This document shows, piece by piece, positions 49,501 to 62,925 of a stretch of 64,000 bases of DNA (within the stretch, counting starts at the first letter, position 1; every line of letters starts with the position of its first letter). The stretch lies in the NCBI GenBank assembly GCA_964234715.1, contig OZ174280.1; one strand, given 5' to 3'. The position numbers were made by a program, and so were the translations under genes. The notes beneath the pieces are model-generated. The model saw nothing but the letters and a program-made list of their open reading frames with translations, made no database searches and had not been told where the DNA came from. The DNA is from Podarcis melisellensis (taxonomy: Eukaryota).

Positions 49501-50005
49501 TTTGGGGTGCCTGCATGGATTGGAAGGTGACCCTCCGCAGGCTTTCCTGCTCTCTTTGCAGAGGGATGCGGTGTAGCGTTTGACTGCCTTGGCTTGTAGG
49601 GTGCAAGGGGATTTTTAAGTGTGAGGAGTAATCAAGTTCAGCTCCAAAGTAGACCACTTCAGTCTGCTTATTTTATAACTGTAAGCACTCCGGGAGGCTT
49701 TCCTATCGCCTTCTTAATTCATTCATTTATTTTTGGTTTATCCCTTGAGTATAGCAAATAGGCTGTCTTTCACATCATCCCTGCCCTCCACCCAGAAAAA
49801 CCCTCCAGGCTCCCTCCAAAAGAGGCATCTCAAACCTAATTGAGTCAGCATACTAATAAATGTTAGTTAAAATCCCCCAGTTTTCTGTGCAAAGGTGAAA
49901 CAGGTAGCAGAAGTGGGCAGGAGGGAAGATAAATTTGATTCTGGTTCTTTTTTTCTTTTTCTTTTGCTCAAGACATCCAGATTAAGGGAAAGCAAGGGAA
50001 AGGGA

Positions 50006-50006
<1 letters not shown>

Positions 50007-50038
<32 letters not shown>
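50007..50038. repeat. (TTA)n microsatellite
   Basis: Read directly from the sequence. Confidence 0.9.
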
Positions 50039-51407
50039 GCATTTTTAGCTGATGAAGCAGAGTAGATTTAGTTAGCAAGGGAGAGCTGTAAGAATAGAAC
50101 AAACCCAGACCTGGGGGTTCAGCAGCAATGAGTGGAAATGGGGATTGCATGAGGATGCCGTAATTGGTGTTAAAATGGATGGCACCCCCTTTACTATATT
50201 AGGGAGGAACAGTCGAAAAGGACTATTGCTGCATATGCAGCTATGCCATGCGAGCATCCTTATGGCAAACCTGTGAAGGAGGTATGTGTGCGTGAGAGAG
50301 AGAAGCAGAAATTGTGACTGCAACATGGGCTGTCATCCATGGAGCTGAGGCAGCAAGGACTGTGAGATGCTGCAAGACAGCTGGATTGCAGGCTGTGTCT
50401 GCATTTCCCATAAGGGGGTGTGCACACAGGGCACAGAATGAGCCGTCATTGCCTTCTGGTTGCTGTTGGTGAAAGGGGAGTGGTCGCTAACACAGCTCCC
50501 GTGCCAGCTGCAGCTGAAATGAAAACCTGCAACATGACAGTGGGGTACATGGCAGTGAGGAAGGAAGGATGTGTCGGTGCCTCCAGAACAGACAGAGAGG
50601 AGTAGATCCTGTTTGGTTACTAGGGAGATCTGCATAGGAGCAGCAGTTGCTAGCGCTTCAGTGCTGCTCTTGCTCTACTCCACCTGGAATCTCTCTATTC
50701 GAGACACCCGCCCAGGAATGGCTGCTTTGCAGATGTCATAGGCTTAAGCGTAAGGGAATACATAGCAGCACCTCCTAAGCACCAACAATTTGGTTTCCAT
50801 GCAACGGCTCAGCTCGTAATGATCAATCACTATGGAATACAAAACTCCCTGTTCCTCTCCTGCATTGTAAATGCTTCTGTAACTGAACAGCAGGAAGATA
50901 ATTCAAACTGAAGCTTCTGCGTTTAGGAATGGAAAGTTGGGAGTGATGGGCACTAGGTTGGCGCTTTTAGAAACTTAGGATTGTTTGAATTGCCTTCAAA
51001 TGCTGCCTATATCTTGCAAAACTACCACACCCTTTGCATTGACTGCAACTGATGCTACTGGCTGAACTAAGCACAGGGCATATATTCAGGTGCCAACAGC
51101 ACTATCTATGTGGGATGGCAGACCAGAGCTGTAATTTGAGGTTGCAGGAGCACAGGCAGGGGAGTGGTTATGGAGGGGGAGACTAGTAATTAGATGCTGT
51201 GGAATGGGAGATGGGAGATAGGGAACTCAGTGCTGGAATAAGGAGCTATGGGGTTGGGGCTGAAGGATTTTATGGCAGGTAGAACATGGGTCTAGAATGT
51301 GGGCAGGACTCAACTGGAGTCCCAACAGCACTGTAGGGCCTGCTGCTGATTGAGGGTGGTAAATGAAATATGTGTAATTAGGGCACTGTTACACATGATA
51401 GCGAAAA

Positions 51408-51598
51408 AAGGGCAGTACCTTAGTGAAAGAGCACATGCTTTGTATGTGAAAGGTCTCTGGTTCAACCCTTTGCATCTCCAAATAGAGCTGGGGGGAAAAC
51501 TCCACCTGAAAGCCCTAGCGAATTGCTGCCACTGAATATTGACAATACTGAGCTAGATGGATGACTGCCCTTTCTGTAAGAAGGCAGCTTCCTGTTTT
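51408..51598 (+). mobile_element. tRNA-derived SINE (Squam3-like), diverged
   Basis: agagcacatgctttgtatgtgaaaggtctctggttcaa...gacaatactgagctagatgg...aaggcagcttcct. Confidence 0.75.
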
Positions 51599-53329
51599 TC
51601 GTAAATGGAGATAATATCTCTGTAGGAAAACAGTTTATGCTCGGGTGTGTACCCCATCACATTTGAAGATGGTGTGACAATATTCATGGCAAAATAATAT
51701 TTGTGCCATTTTGAAAAATGACAGTGTGCTATCTTTGTGCAGGGAAAACTATGATTTACCAGATAATGCTGGAGCGAGGGTGGAAAGGGAATGCAGAGCC
51801 AGCATAGAATGTAAAGATCTGTATCAGAGTTACTGGGCATTGGCAGAACTGGGGAGAGTACCATGCAAGGCTAGTGTAGCAAATATAACTGGGCATTCGA
51901 ATGGGTAGCATTGGCAAATTCAGGGAAGGGAATGACAGGGGGGCTGCCATTTGGGAATTACAAGTCTGTAAATCCATAGAGTGAAACTTATGTGTAGTGT
52001 ATCCCCCACCCCACTCTTGGCTGTAGCAAAGACCAGGTTAGGTTTTTTAGTTTGCAAATGAATATATGTTTTTTTTAAAAAATCACAACAAAATGTGATA
52101 TAGGAATTAGAGGCTTGGTTTTGCTTGTCCAGTGGGGGATGGAAGAAGCAGGTTGCTCAGCAGCTGGTTTGTGTTTCTAGTGGAAACACTTGGGCTTCCA
52201 TTTCCCCAAAGCTCCCTCCAGAAAAGAGATCACACTGCAGTCTTGGCTGATAATTGACCTGCTGTCTTTATTCCTCTCCCCTCTATTCCAAGGAAGACGT
52301 AGCTTGTAAAAGCTGAACAGTGTGTAAGAACTAGTCTGGACTAGGAAAAAAGACAATTGAATAATGAAACCTGTTTTCTGCCCCTTGCTTGCACCTCCTC
52401 CTATTGCCTCACTATTGTATCATATAGAAACATGTGCACTTAGTTCCCATTTTGTAAAATGAAGAATTTGGAGCTTACCTTGATCTTCAGATTCTTCATT
52501 CTGTTTACCCCCCCCCCCAAAAAAAAACCCCACCCACCCACCACCATCACTACCACCACCAACAACAACACCTGGAACATCCTGAGCACATGTTGAATTA
52601 CCTTCCATTCTTGAGCTGGATGAAGAGAGGGGAAGGTTACAGGAAAGTCCTAAGAATATATAAAGAGCTATACTCTATCAGATGAGATGTATGTTTAACC
52701 CAGTGCCTGCCCCTGCCAGATTTGAATGCTTCAGTTAATTTATAATTGCATGGGGTTACAACAGAGTAGTGAATTCCTTTTGCTTGTAATCTTGGAAGCA
52801 TAATGCTAGGGACACCCTGAATTTGAACTTCCTATATCTGTCTTCCATCAAATTACCTAGTTCTTGGATTAAGTTATACTGCTGGCAGAGAGTCCAATGT
52901 GAACCGTGAGAAAAATATTTACTCTTGTTTCTGCTGTGTCTTGTTGAAAGAGCAGAAAACCTCTTATTTACCTCTGTCTGTCCTCTTGTGATTTTGCATA
53001 TATTATTTATCCCTTATTTAGGATCCCATTTTTTAGGTTGAAGCTTTATTTTTTTATTTTTTTATTGCTTTACTTTGATTAAAAGGAATCCTATTCCTGG
53101 TAACCTTTGTTGCTCCTGTTTGTCTTTTCTAGCTTTCTCTATGTAATATAGCCAGGACTGCTTAAAAAGTGCAGTACTGTATTTTTTTTAAAAAAACTTT
53201 TTAAAAAAATCATCACATTCTGTTTGTCTTTTTGGTGACTGTAGCACATCAGTGCTGCCATTTTCAGAAAGCTCTCTGTAGCAGTTTAAGGATCGCTTAA
53301 ATGAATAGCAATAGCTAATTTGATCCTGT

Positions 53330-53800
53330 GTGCAACCTTGTTGGGTGTTACTTTTCCTTAATGTATGTGTAACTCAACATCTACTATCACTGAAATTTAT
53401 TTGCCATTTTGTTGTGCATCCCTGTAGTTCTAGGGGAACCTGCTGAAACTCTTCACAGTGTGCTTATGATTAAACTACTTTTAATTATTTGTCATTATAT
53501 GCAGATCTGTTCACACCTTTTTCCGGGTTGTTAATGAATACTTAGCAAGAGCAAGTTCCCATGCAGATCCTTGGAGACACCTCATTGTACACCTCTTTTC
53601 ACTGAGATAACAGCCCATAAATTCATTCTCATTCCTTTATTTATCCAGTTGAGTGATCCAGAAAAAGACATTCCACTTTATCCTGTGACTGTTAAGGTTT
53701 TTGGGAAACTTTTGTGAGGGGACCCCATCAAAGGTTTTTTTTGGAAATCAAAGAAGGGTTAACCTTATCTACATTTTTTTTGCAAGATAGCCTCAATTTC
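53330..53800 (-). mobile_element. CR1 LINE reverse-transcriptase fragment (decayed)
   Basis: The minus strand retains traces of DFQK.FD.VPH, SHGI.G..WI.NW and GV.QGS..G.LFIN motifs, interrupted by frameshifts. Confidence 0.7.
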
Positions 53801-53981
53801 TATTTGGTTAGTGAGGTCTGATTCAGTGTAACACATCTCATGCCAGCAGCTAGAGATTCCCTTTGTAAGAAAAATAACAACCTGGTTTTCCATGGATGGA
53901 TGGGGTGGAAGAAGAAAAGAGATAATTACAGAGCAGGATTGGGGAATTATAGTTCCCACCATGTCTGACCATTAGTCTTGC

Positions 53982-54141
53982 CATGGGCGTAGCCAGGGGG
54001 GTGCAGGGGACAGCTGGCCCCCCAAATCAAGTAAATAAATAAAAATACTTAACTAATTGACTAATTGCATTGCAGTTAACTCGGTTCTGTCCCCCCAATA
54101 TAAAGCCTACTCCCCTAAAATAAATCCTGGTCACACCCACG
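53982..54141. mobile_element. hAT-like MITE nested inside a palindromic MITE (~53934-54208)
   Basis: Ends CATGGGCGTAGCCAGG / CCTGGTCACACCCACG. 8-bp TSD agtcttgc / agccttgc (7/8). Host halves lie on both sides. Confidence 0.8.
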
Positions 54142-56243
54142 AGCCTTGCTTGCTGGTGCTGATGGGAACTGGAGTCAGACAACATCCGGAGGACCACAGG
54201 TTCCCGGCTTTTTCTCTATTTCTCTGTTACAATCAGTGTTCCGATGTAGATTGGTATTGCTCACAGGTTATTTTGCACCTTCACTCCTTTTCATATTTCC
54301 CAGTGCTTCCATTTCCTTGCCCATCCATGTTTTGGTATTATTCTTCCTGCATTTTAGCACTTCCTCCTCCTAGTACTCTGAGCAGCTCGCAAGCTGTGCT
54401 CAGTACTGATTGTGCACTTGGGATCTAGGTATGTGTCCTACCATATACGGTAGTTTCTCTTTGGGAATGGCTGGTAGCTTGGAACATGAAAAGTTAGGCA
54501 ATCCCCTCCTTTCCCCATAAAATAAAGGAAGAAATAGCATCTCTCTTGGTGCAGATCACTGCATACATGATATGTGCTATGTCAGCATAAAAAAGGGAGT
54601 GAAATTCCCTCATAGTAGCGGAGGAAATAATAATGAGGGACAACCTGGGATGTTTGCCTGGACTAACAAAATATATCCAGGAAGTTAAATGCCTCTTCAA
54701 TGAGGTTTTAATGTCGGTTCAAAGAAATCTACACATAGGACTCTAATCAGAGAAAACTCAGTATGAAGTGCAGATTGCATCATCTGTTTGTGGTATATCC
54801 GGGTACATATTGGGTTAAAAATAGCTGTTGCAGGTGTATCCTTGGCATCAATTAGCCAGTGACTCATTTTGTATATAACCATGGTCAAGCTGCTGCTATC
54901 AATGGACCACATTTCCCTTTGAAAGTGAAGAAGCACATCATAGAGATTATACATTGAAATATCAGCATGAATAGAACTATGGATTTTGACTTGTGGGCCT
55001 CATTCTTTCCCTAGTCTTTCAGCATGTTAATGGCACCACATGCCATTCGAGCACATGCCATTTGAACAATCCCGGTGAGTTTTCAAATGTGTTAGCAACA
55101 TAAAGTCTGGAAATTGAAGAAATCGCTATACTTCATAGGAAGCTTGGTCACCAGGGGTGCTGTTAAGAATGCTTTCCACCTTGCAGCAACATCATTAACA
55201 TACTATCAGTCATGATGGACACTATGCTCTGCCACCATGTATGCTTCTGAATATCAGTTTCTGGAAACTAGCAGGGAACCAACCAACCAATCATTTTACA
55301 TGTATGCTGTGTTTCCAAAGTTAAAACCATGCTCAAGGTGGCTTGCAACAATTAAAAAATTACAAACAACCAAATGTAGTCATAAACAATAAATATAACA
55401 ATGTACAAAACCAAGTCAAACAATTTCCACGTAAATCATAATAAGATCTAAAATAAAGATTAAAAAATAATATAAGTAACAGCAACAACCCTCCCAAAAC
55501 AATACCCCAGCCCAAGAGTCTATTCAGCAGTCTTGACTTTTGCAGCTGGAGCCAGTCAGGGCCCTGCTCTCCCAGTCCCTGTGAAAAAAGGCTTGCAAGG
55601 CAGGGAGCAGGTCTTCCAGGACTCACAGCCAGCTAGGGGCCTGCATGTGGCTGGGATCCTTGCAAAGAATGCAGCAGTAAGTGTACTACAGTCTGATTCT
55701 GCAAGGCACTTCTTATTTTTCTAAGCAGGTGTTTGTGCCCAGGATTACTTAACAATGGTTAGTAAATGTTTTAACTGTTAAGAGATCCTGGGTATGTACT
55801 TTCTCTTTGTTAATTTAAGACCCACTGGTGAATTATAGGGATTCCAGTAATTCAAAAAGTCAAAAGCAAATGAAAAACTGGTCAATGTCAATAAAGAACC
55901 CACAATTTCAGTCATGCTGTATTCCTGAGTATTTTTTGCTATCTGCTTCAATGTGTGTGTTGTATGGAGAGAGTATCCCTGTGAAAGTTCACAGACATGG
56001 ATACTCCAGGAGGAGATTGTGGCCAACAATTATCGGCTGGGTGGAGATACTGGCAGGGAGAGGAGTTGCTTTGTCTTTGGTTTGGACAGTAAAACTGTGA
56101 AAGCCATTACTTTGGAAGGAAGGTTAGGATATTAAATACATATATACACACTTTTAGGACAGCTGCAACCCCTGTAATAAAATCAGAGGCAAGAATGTTC
56201 ATCTGAGGCTATCAGTGCATAAATTACATCTATTCCATTTTCT

Positions 56244-56564
56244 CAGGGGTCAGCAAACCTTTTCAGCAGGGAGCTGGTCCACTGTCCCTCAGACCTTGTG
56301 GGGGGCTGGACTATATTTTTTTTTGGGGGGGGGACGAATTCCTATGCCCCACAAATAACCCAGAGATGCATTTTAAATAAAAGCACACATTCTACTCATC
56401 TAAAAACACCAGGCAGGCCCCACAAATAACCCAGAGATGCATTTTAAATAAAAGGGCACATTCTACTCATGTAAAAACATGCTGATTCCTGGACCGTCCA
56501 TGGGCTGGATTTAGAAAGCAGTTGGGCCGGATCTGGCCCCCGGGCCTTAGTTTGCCTACCCATG
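56244..56564. mobile_element. hAT (Charlie-like) MITE with internal 71-bp-period duplication
   Basis: Ends CAGGGGTCAGCAAAC / GTTTGCCTACCCATG. TSD cattttct / cattatct (7/8). Duplicated unit at 56346-56408 and 56417-56479. Confidence 0.85.
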
Positions 56565-57807
56565 CATTATCTCCTTAAGATCTCCCATTCCTTGCTCATG
56601 TCAATTCTATTGGGTATCAAATTCCATTCTATATTGACCTTGTTGGATATGGCCTGTTGGGGCTTTGTTTGCAAGTTCTTCATCCGTTCTCTAGTAACCT
56701 GATATTTCCACACCATTTAACTCACTGACTTCCCAACTCTCAGAAGATTTTCTCCCAGTCTGTTTGCTTTTGTCTTTAATTTCTCTTTTAACTATGAGGT
56801 TTCTCCTTATGTCATTATTTGCTGTGACATGGGACTGATCCAAGTATTAGTATTTTTTCCTCCAACTGGCTCCTAAGCTTGCTTTCTCAGAAGTTAAATG
56901 GGTTCATAGTTTTGCTGCTTCATTGTGTTTGGGACTCTACAGACCATTAGAGGTAGCACATGCCTTGCCCAGAGAGCTCATTATTTTGCACCTTGATCTT
57001 GATAGTACTTGAAATAAAGCTCTTGTTATTTGATTTCAGTGGAATTTGCACCAGTGTAATGGGTTCTGGATTGGGCTGTAAAGCTTGGACCTTGTTGGCT
57101 GATGGAGCTGTCAAAAGATGGTACATCCAGAGCAGGAATCTTAGACACCTTGCTGTTATAAACATCTGAAAATGAGACATTGATAGGTTGATTGAGCAAA
57201 ACCTGGAACATGTATTATGTTGTGTTCAGATGCTGAGGAACGTGTGCCAATTACTTTAAGAGAAAAGAAATTCTAAGAGGAGCAGATGTTCAAAACTATC
57301 AGAGCAGGGAGCTGTAAATATAAACATGGCTGTGGTTTGGTTAGAGGGGGCTTGGCCACTCCTCCTTCACATATTTTAACCATCCTGAGATTAGGAGAAG
57401 GAGGGCTGCAAGTATCTATGCTTGCATAATTATTGCTATCTCTCAATAATAGTCGAGACTTTGTAAGGAACATGTGCAAGCTTTGCTGTAGGAATCTGTC
57501 TTCATGTTTTGGTAGGGATCTCTAGAGGTTCTTGCAGCAGAAACATCTGTTTTTGTAGTGACTATTTTCAACATACAAATTATATATTGCATGTCTGCTA
57601 AAGGCTGAGTTGTAAAAGCTTGTGGTATATGGGTTTGGTAGTTACATAGACAACAGATTGGTGAAGGAAGGTCAGAGCTGTAAAGGAACTGTGCATAAAA
57701 GGAAAACCTCTGTGTTCCTGTACCCTCAAGTAGGGCCACAAGTACACATATTTATGTGAACGCAAAATAGGTAACAATTATGCTTTCAATCCAGCATCTT
57801 TTGTACA

Positions 57808-57960
57808 AGAACCAATGTAGTTTAATGGTTTACATGGTGGACCAGGACTGGGAGATCCTGGGTTCAAATCACCCCTCAGCCATGAATATATCACTTGAGT
57901 GGCCTTGGGCATGCTACACTTTTTCAGTCTAACTGACCTCCCAGGGTGGTTGTGAGACAA
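57808..57960 (+). mobile_element. CORE/MIR-like SINE
   Basis: tgtagtttaatggtt...gatcctgggttcaaatc...cagccatgaa...gtggccttgggc...acctcccagggtggttgtgag. Confidence 0.7.
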
Positions 57961-58612
57961 TTTTCAGTTTTTTGTGCAGACTTTGAAATCAAACACAATT
58001 CTTTAGCTATTTATTTCTTTAAAAACAAAACAAAAACCAGACTGTACTGATTGCATTGCAGTCTGTGCTCTTACATATCTAATCTAGCTAACTGACTGTT
58101 CCTAGGGCAAAACAGGCTTACTTTAACTCACACATGCATGCACACACATGCATTTCAGGGACTTGAGCACATCTTGTTGAGCACTTTACCTGTCACAACA
58201 ACCTCTGTCAAGATAATTCCGTCAACAGTTATTCACCAGGAAAACTAAATGGAACCTCCAGGAGGAATTCAGTGTTGCGCGATGCTGATCATTCCATCAG
58301 CGGAAGCATTACAGCTTGCCAGATGGGAACGATCCCTCTCTCCTCTCTCACATGCTGTTCTGGGGCTTCTCTTCACCACCCAGCCAATTTTTTTTGGGGG
58401 GGGGCGGGGAGGCCCCATTGCACAAGCAGAAATCTTTGCACAGGCTTCCATTGATGGGACTCATCATGTGAGTCCTGCTCAACTTGTTCAGGTGTAGCAT
58501 ACATCCAACAACAGGTGTTTGTAGAAACAGGAGGGCTGTTGCTTTAAAGGCCTGCGTGTGAGCTTCTCAGAAGCTTTGGTTGGCCACTGTTGGAAACAGA
58601 ATCGAGGGCTTG

Positions 58613-58771
58613 ATAGCTCTTTGATCAACGTCAACCGTTGGTAGAGCACCAGATTCTTAATCTCAGGGTCGTGGGTTTGAGCCCCATTTTAACCGAAAGA
58701 TTCCTGCGTTGTAGGAGGTTGGACTATATGACCCTCAGGACCCTTTCCATCTCTCTGATTCTATGATTCTA
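58613..58771 (+). mobile_element. tRNA-derived SINE with CR1-type tail (Squam2-like)
   Basis: gttggtagagc...ttcttaatctcagggtcgtgggtttgagcccca...gattcctgcgttgtagg...gattctatgattcta. Confidence 0.8.
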
Positions 58772-58780
58772 TTACCATTA

Positions 58781-59138
58781 AAGGTAAAGGTACCCCTGCC
58801 CGTACGGGCCAGTCTTGCCAGACTCTGGGGTTGTGCGCCCATCTCACTCAAGAGGCCAGGGGCCAGCGCTGTCCAAAGACACTTCCGGGTCATGTGGCCA
58901 GCGTGACAAAGCTGCATCAGGCGAGCCAGCGCAGCACACGGAAATGCCGTTTACCTTCCCGCCAGTAAGCGGTCCCTATTTATCTACTTGCACCCGGGGG
59001 TGCTTTCGAACTGCTAGGTTGGCAGGCGCTGGGACCGAGCAATGGGAGCACACCCCGCCGCGGGGATTCATACCGCTGACCTTTCGATTGGCAAGCCCTA
59101 GGCGCTGAGGGTTTTCCCCACAGCGCCACCCACGTCCC
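58781..59138 (-). mobile_element. Full-length Sauria SINE, same subfamily as 21205-21571
   Basis: Long identical stretches shared with the 21205 copy. Perfect 13-bp TSD tctattaccatta (58768-58780 / 59139-59151). Confidence 0.94.
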
Positions 59139-60519
59139 TCTATTACCATTACTGTGTTCTTATATGGAAAACACAGAAGCACGGGTGCTATTCTCCTGAC
59201 CTCTGGTTTGTCATGCTGATGCTCCTTGGTGTGAAGAAGAGGGTGACTCTAAAGTTTGAGTGCAAGCAGTAGATGATGTACAACTGTAGCAGTGTTTTCT
59301 GCTTGGAGTATTCCACCAGTCCTCTGTGGATATACAGCAATTCAGGGTACCTATACCACTGTCTGTTCAGATTTTTGTCAAGATTGGATATGGATTGCAG
59401 CCAGCCAACTGAGAGTTGAGGGACAGAGAGTCCATTTGCAAGACTGACCATTGCTAATTAATTGATTTATGAATGAATGAATGATCACTCTGGGAAACCT
59501 TTAATCTTAAGAGATGGCACTCCCCCCCTCCCGTCATCACAGGAATTGATTAGAGTGGTAACCCCCCCCCCCGGCAGTACTTGAGTTTGGGGTTCAGAAG
59601 CGTATGTGCATCTCTACAGTAGATTAGAGATCTGTCTAATTAGAATCCAAAGTATGGCATTATTAATACTGATATGCTATAGTCTTCAGCCACAGAATGT
59701 GAAGTATAAAATGTTAGCTTCCCTTTATGTTTCAGAATTTTGTTTTCTTTGTAAGCAGTATTGCTTCTATTGTATCTCACTCCCTTTGCCCCTCTTAACT
59801 TTGTCAATGATTTCCTCATTTCCTCTGCTTTCAACTGTGCTCTGAAGGCTTTACTCTTGATAGTGTTAAGTCCACAGAACCATTGACACCAGAGTATTTC
59901 TAATAAAACCCAGAAAGCTTTGGGGAATCAGGTCATTCCTGATATGGAGAAAACTAAGGCAGGCGTGGTCCACATAAAATAAGCGCTCATGTAAAGAAGG
60001 TGGGGCCATCATTTTGGCATATAAGTTAGCAAAAGCTAGGACACGCTAGCTATAAATAACTTGTTAATTGCTTCCTGTTTTGCAAAGCATCTGGTATGGA
60101 CAATGATCAGAGGAAGATGCTGATTTATTTTACCCTGGCTTGGGGTTTATAGTTCTTGGTGCACTGGGACCTTGTTCAGTTTTGTTTGTGCTTTGGCCTC
60201 CTTTACTTTTTTATAATCAGTTGAGTATAGTGATATGAAAGACCCTATAATTATATAAAAACACAGTGGCTTGAACAGAGATGTTCTTTGAGTCATTTTT
60301 AGACCTATGATTCTATGGCTAACCACTTATTTTGTCACTAGATTGCAGGAAACCACTTCTAAGAAAGTTCCTTTGAGCAAAGTCAAGATCTCTTGTACAT
60401 GTTTAATTTCTTGCCAAGGGCATTTTGGACACCTTTGATAATACCTTCAAACCATGTAAAATGTTGGTATGGGATAAAGACCCCACTTTGAGCAAAATGT
60501 GAATGATCTTAACTGAAAT

Positions 60520-60707
60520 GGGATTCAGAATGGCACACATGGTTTCCCACTCATTTGTATCCGTACAGTCCTGTGGGCTGTGGGCTGATGTGAGTGATAA
60601 TGATTTGCTTAGGGTCAGCCAGTGAACTTCCTGATTGGGTGGGGCCAAGAACCTCAGTCTCTCATCTGTTTTAGTCTGTCACTCTATCCAGTGTACCACT
60701 CTGGCCC
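60520..60707 (-). mobile_element. Old CORE/MIR-like SINE
   Basis: gatttgcttagggtcagccagtgaacttc...gaacctcagtctctc...actctatccagtgtaccactctggc. Confidence 0.55.
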
Positions 60708-62789
60708 TCACCCCACCCTTCCTCCAACTCCACCATGTCTTGGGTAAGTGTTCCCTTGAATTATTTTCTTCCCAATCAGCTTCATGCTCAGTGATTTGAG
60801 GAATATTCATCTCAGAACTCATTAGAAGCACCCATGGAAGCACCCAGGTGGAGATGGAGGCTGCATTACCTTGAGGGATTTGTTCCAGGTCACTGCAGAA
60901 CTGGTGATTATCTCTTCTTTTAAGGTGTGCTACATAACCTTGTTAATGATGCCAACCATTTGTGACAATGCATCCTTGTGTTGATCACAGGAGTAATTCT
61001 GGCTCTAAAGAAATGTGACAACTTCCCATGCTCAGTTTCATTTCGCTGATTTCAGCTCTACTGTACTGTTTCCAGCTTCTAATTCTCCTTTATTTTCACA
61101 TGAAAATTTCAAATTATTGTGCTTCCTCCTCCTTAAGGGCATGTTGCATGTCCTTGATGCTTTTTAACTTAAAAGCTGAAATGGGGTGGTGGTGAACTGG
61201 CTCGGTATAAGACAAGTGTGATGTAATTTAACTAGTTGTCTGTGACAACACAAAGACAACTGAAGATGGGATTGGCCATGGTTCATGTTCTTTGACTTCA
61301 GCCCTGCTAGCATCATTGTCTTCCCAACCACATAGCTAATGGAGTTCTCTTTGGAGATTCCCTGTGGTGCATGGTGACATTCACACGGCAACTTTTGCTT
61401 CTTATCCTGTCGCATGGCTCTCACAGCCCGTGTTCAGACTCTTCTGTTCCTAGAAGGAAGTGTCTCTTCTGTTGAAAGAAGTTGATCCTAGCACTGTCAG
61501 GAGATGGGATCTTTTGCTGGAGTAGTGCAGCTCATAAAACAGCTCTTTTCCTTGTGGCAAGGGGGAGCTCTGAAAAGTTCAGTGTTGTCCACCAGAGAGT
61601 GAGTAGAGATGCATAATCGTTCAGCATCTATATACTTTAAGGGCTTCCGGTGTGTCTTTTATACAAACAGCTAAAGAAAGAGTATTGTCATGTTCTTGCA
61701 AGACATGCATGGATACATGTGTTACCTTTGCTTAAGTTTAATTTTGAAGGAGCTCCTGGTGTCCCCCCAGCTGATTCAGACAACAGCGACTAAGAATTAA
61801 GGAATTTAGTACTCACCAGTAGGTACTTTCTTTTCCTGCACACACATGGACTTGCCTTATTAAAATGTATGGGCTCTGTACAAAATTCAGCTCCTGGGCT
61901 GTCTAGGCCTTAGTTAATAGAGTTTAGTGGGCTTAAATTCAATATGACAGGAGACATGTTTGCAAGAGGAATAGGGAGGGGGCCAGGAGAAGCAAAATGC
62001 TTGGCAGTGGGGAGATTAAGCACACATCCTTTGCCCTCCACTTCTCACCTGCAAAGCTCAGGCCACATCTTTGGATTAAGTGCCCCACACCTGGTCTAGA
62101 GTTTTTGGTCACTTCACAAGCAGTTGATTAGCAGCAGACCAATCCCCCTCTTCCTCGTCCCCAGCTGAGTGGATCAAGGGAAAGGATCCCATGGTTTATA
62201 CTAAAGAGCACACACAACAGTGTAATCAACTTTATAATGAGCTCCTCAGACTGGCAGTAGTGACAGCCATTGTGGCATTTCCTGTTCATGTCATGTTTAG
62301 CTTCTGTTCCAATATCAGCTTTAATCAAGCATAGGCAAGAATAGTAGTTAAATACTACTATTACCGTACATATGCTACATAGATGAACCAACATCACCTC
62401 TCCTTCTTTGCTTCAGAAGCCCAAGTCCCTGATGTTACCCAGAGGCCAATTAAGGAAGGCAAGGGTTGTTCATTGGGCAGTCATGAGTGAACAGAAGTGC
62501 ATTATGGTTTTCTTGGGCACTGGGGAAGCCAGTAAGACTGTTGTTCCCTAAAGGGATGAGACGCTTTTAGTCTTGTAGCAGCATCAGTGTCTTGACTTTA
62601 GCAAACTATGGTCATTTCTCCTTATTTTCATATATATAGTAAAGAAAACCTTATGTGACTGGAGAATGGTGCATACATGTTCAAATTGTTGCTTTTCCTA
62701 CTGAAACATGTAGAAGTGTCACCCCTGTTCTTTTATAGCTGCTGTTTCTTTGTATTTCATTGAGAGAGGCAGGCACTTAAAGGAATGTG

Positions 62790-62925
62790 AATGATTGGAT
62801 AGAGTGTGGTGTTGATAACACCAAGGTTGCAAGTTCGATCCCTGAAAGGAGCAGTTTCATATTCCTGCGTTTCAGAGGGTTAGACTAGATTATCCTCAGG
62901 ATCCCTTCCAATTACATGATTCTAT
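62790..62925 (+). mobile_element. tRNA(Ile)-like-headed SINE with CR1-type tail
   Basis: agagtgtggtgttgataacaccaaggttgcaagttcgatccc...attcctgcgtttcagagggttagactagat...cccttccaa...atgattctat. Confidence 0.75.
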
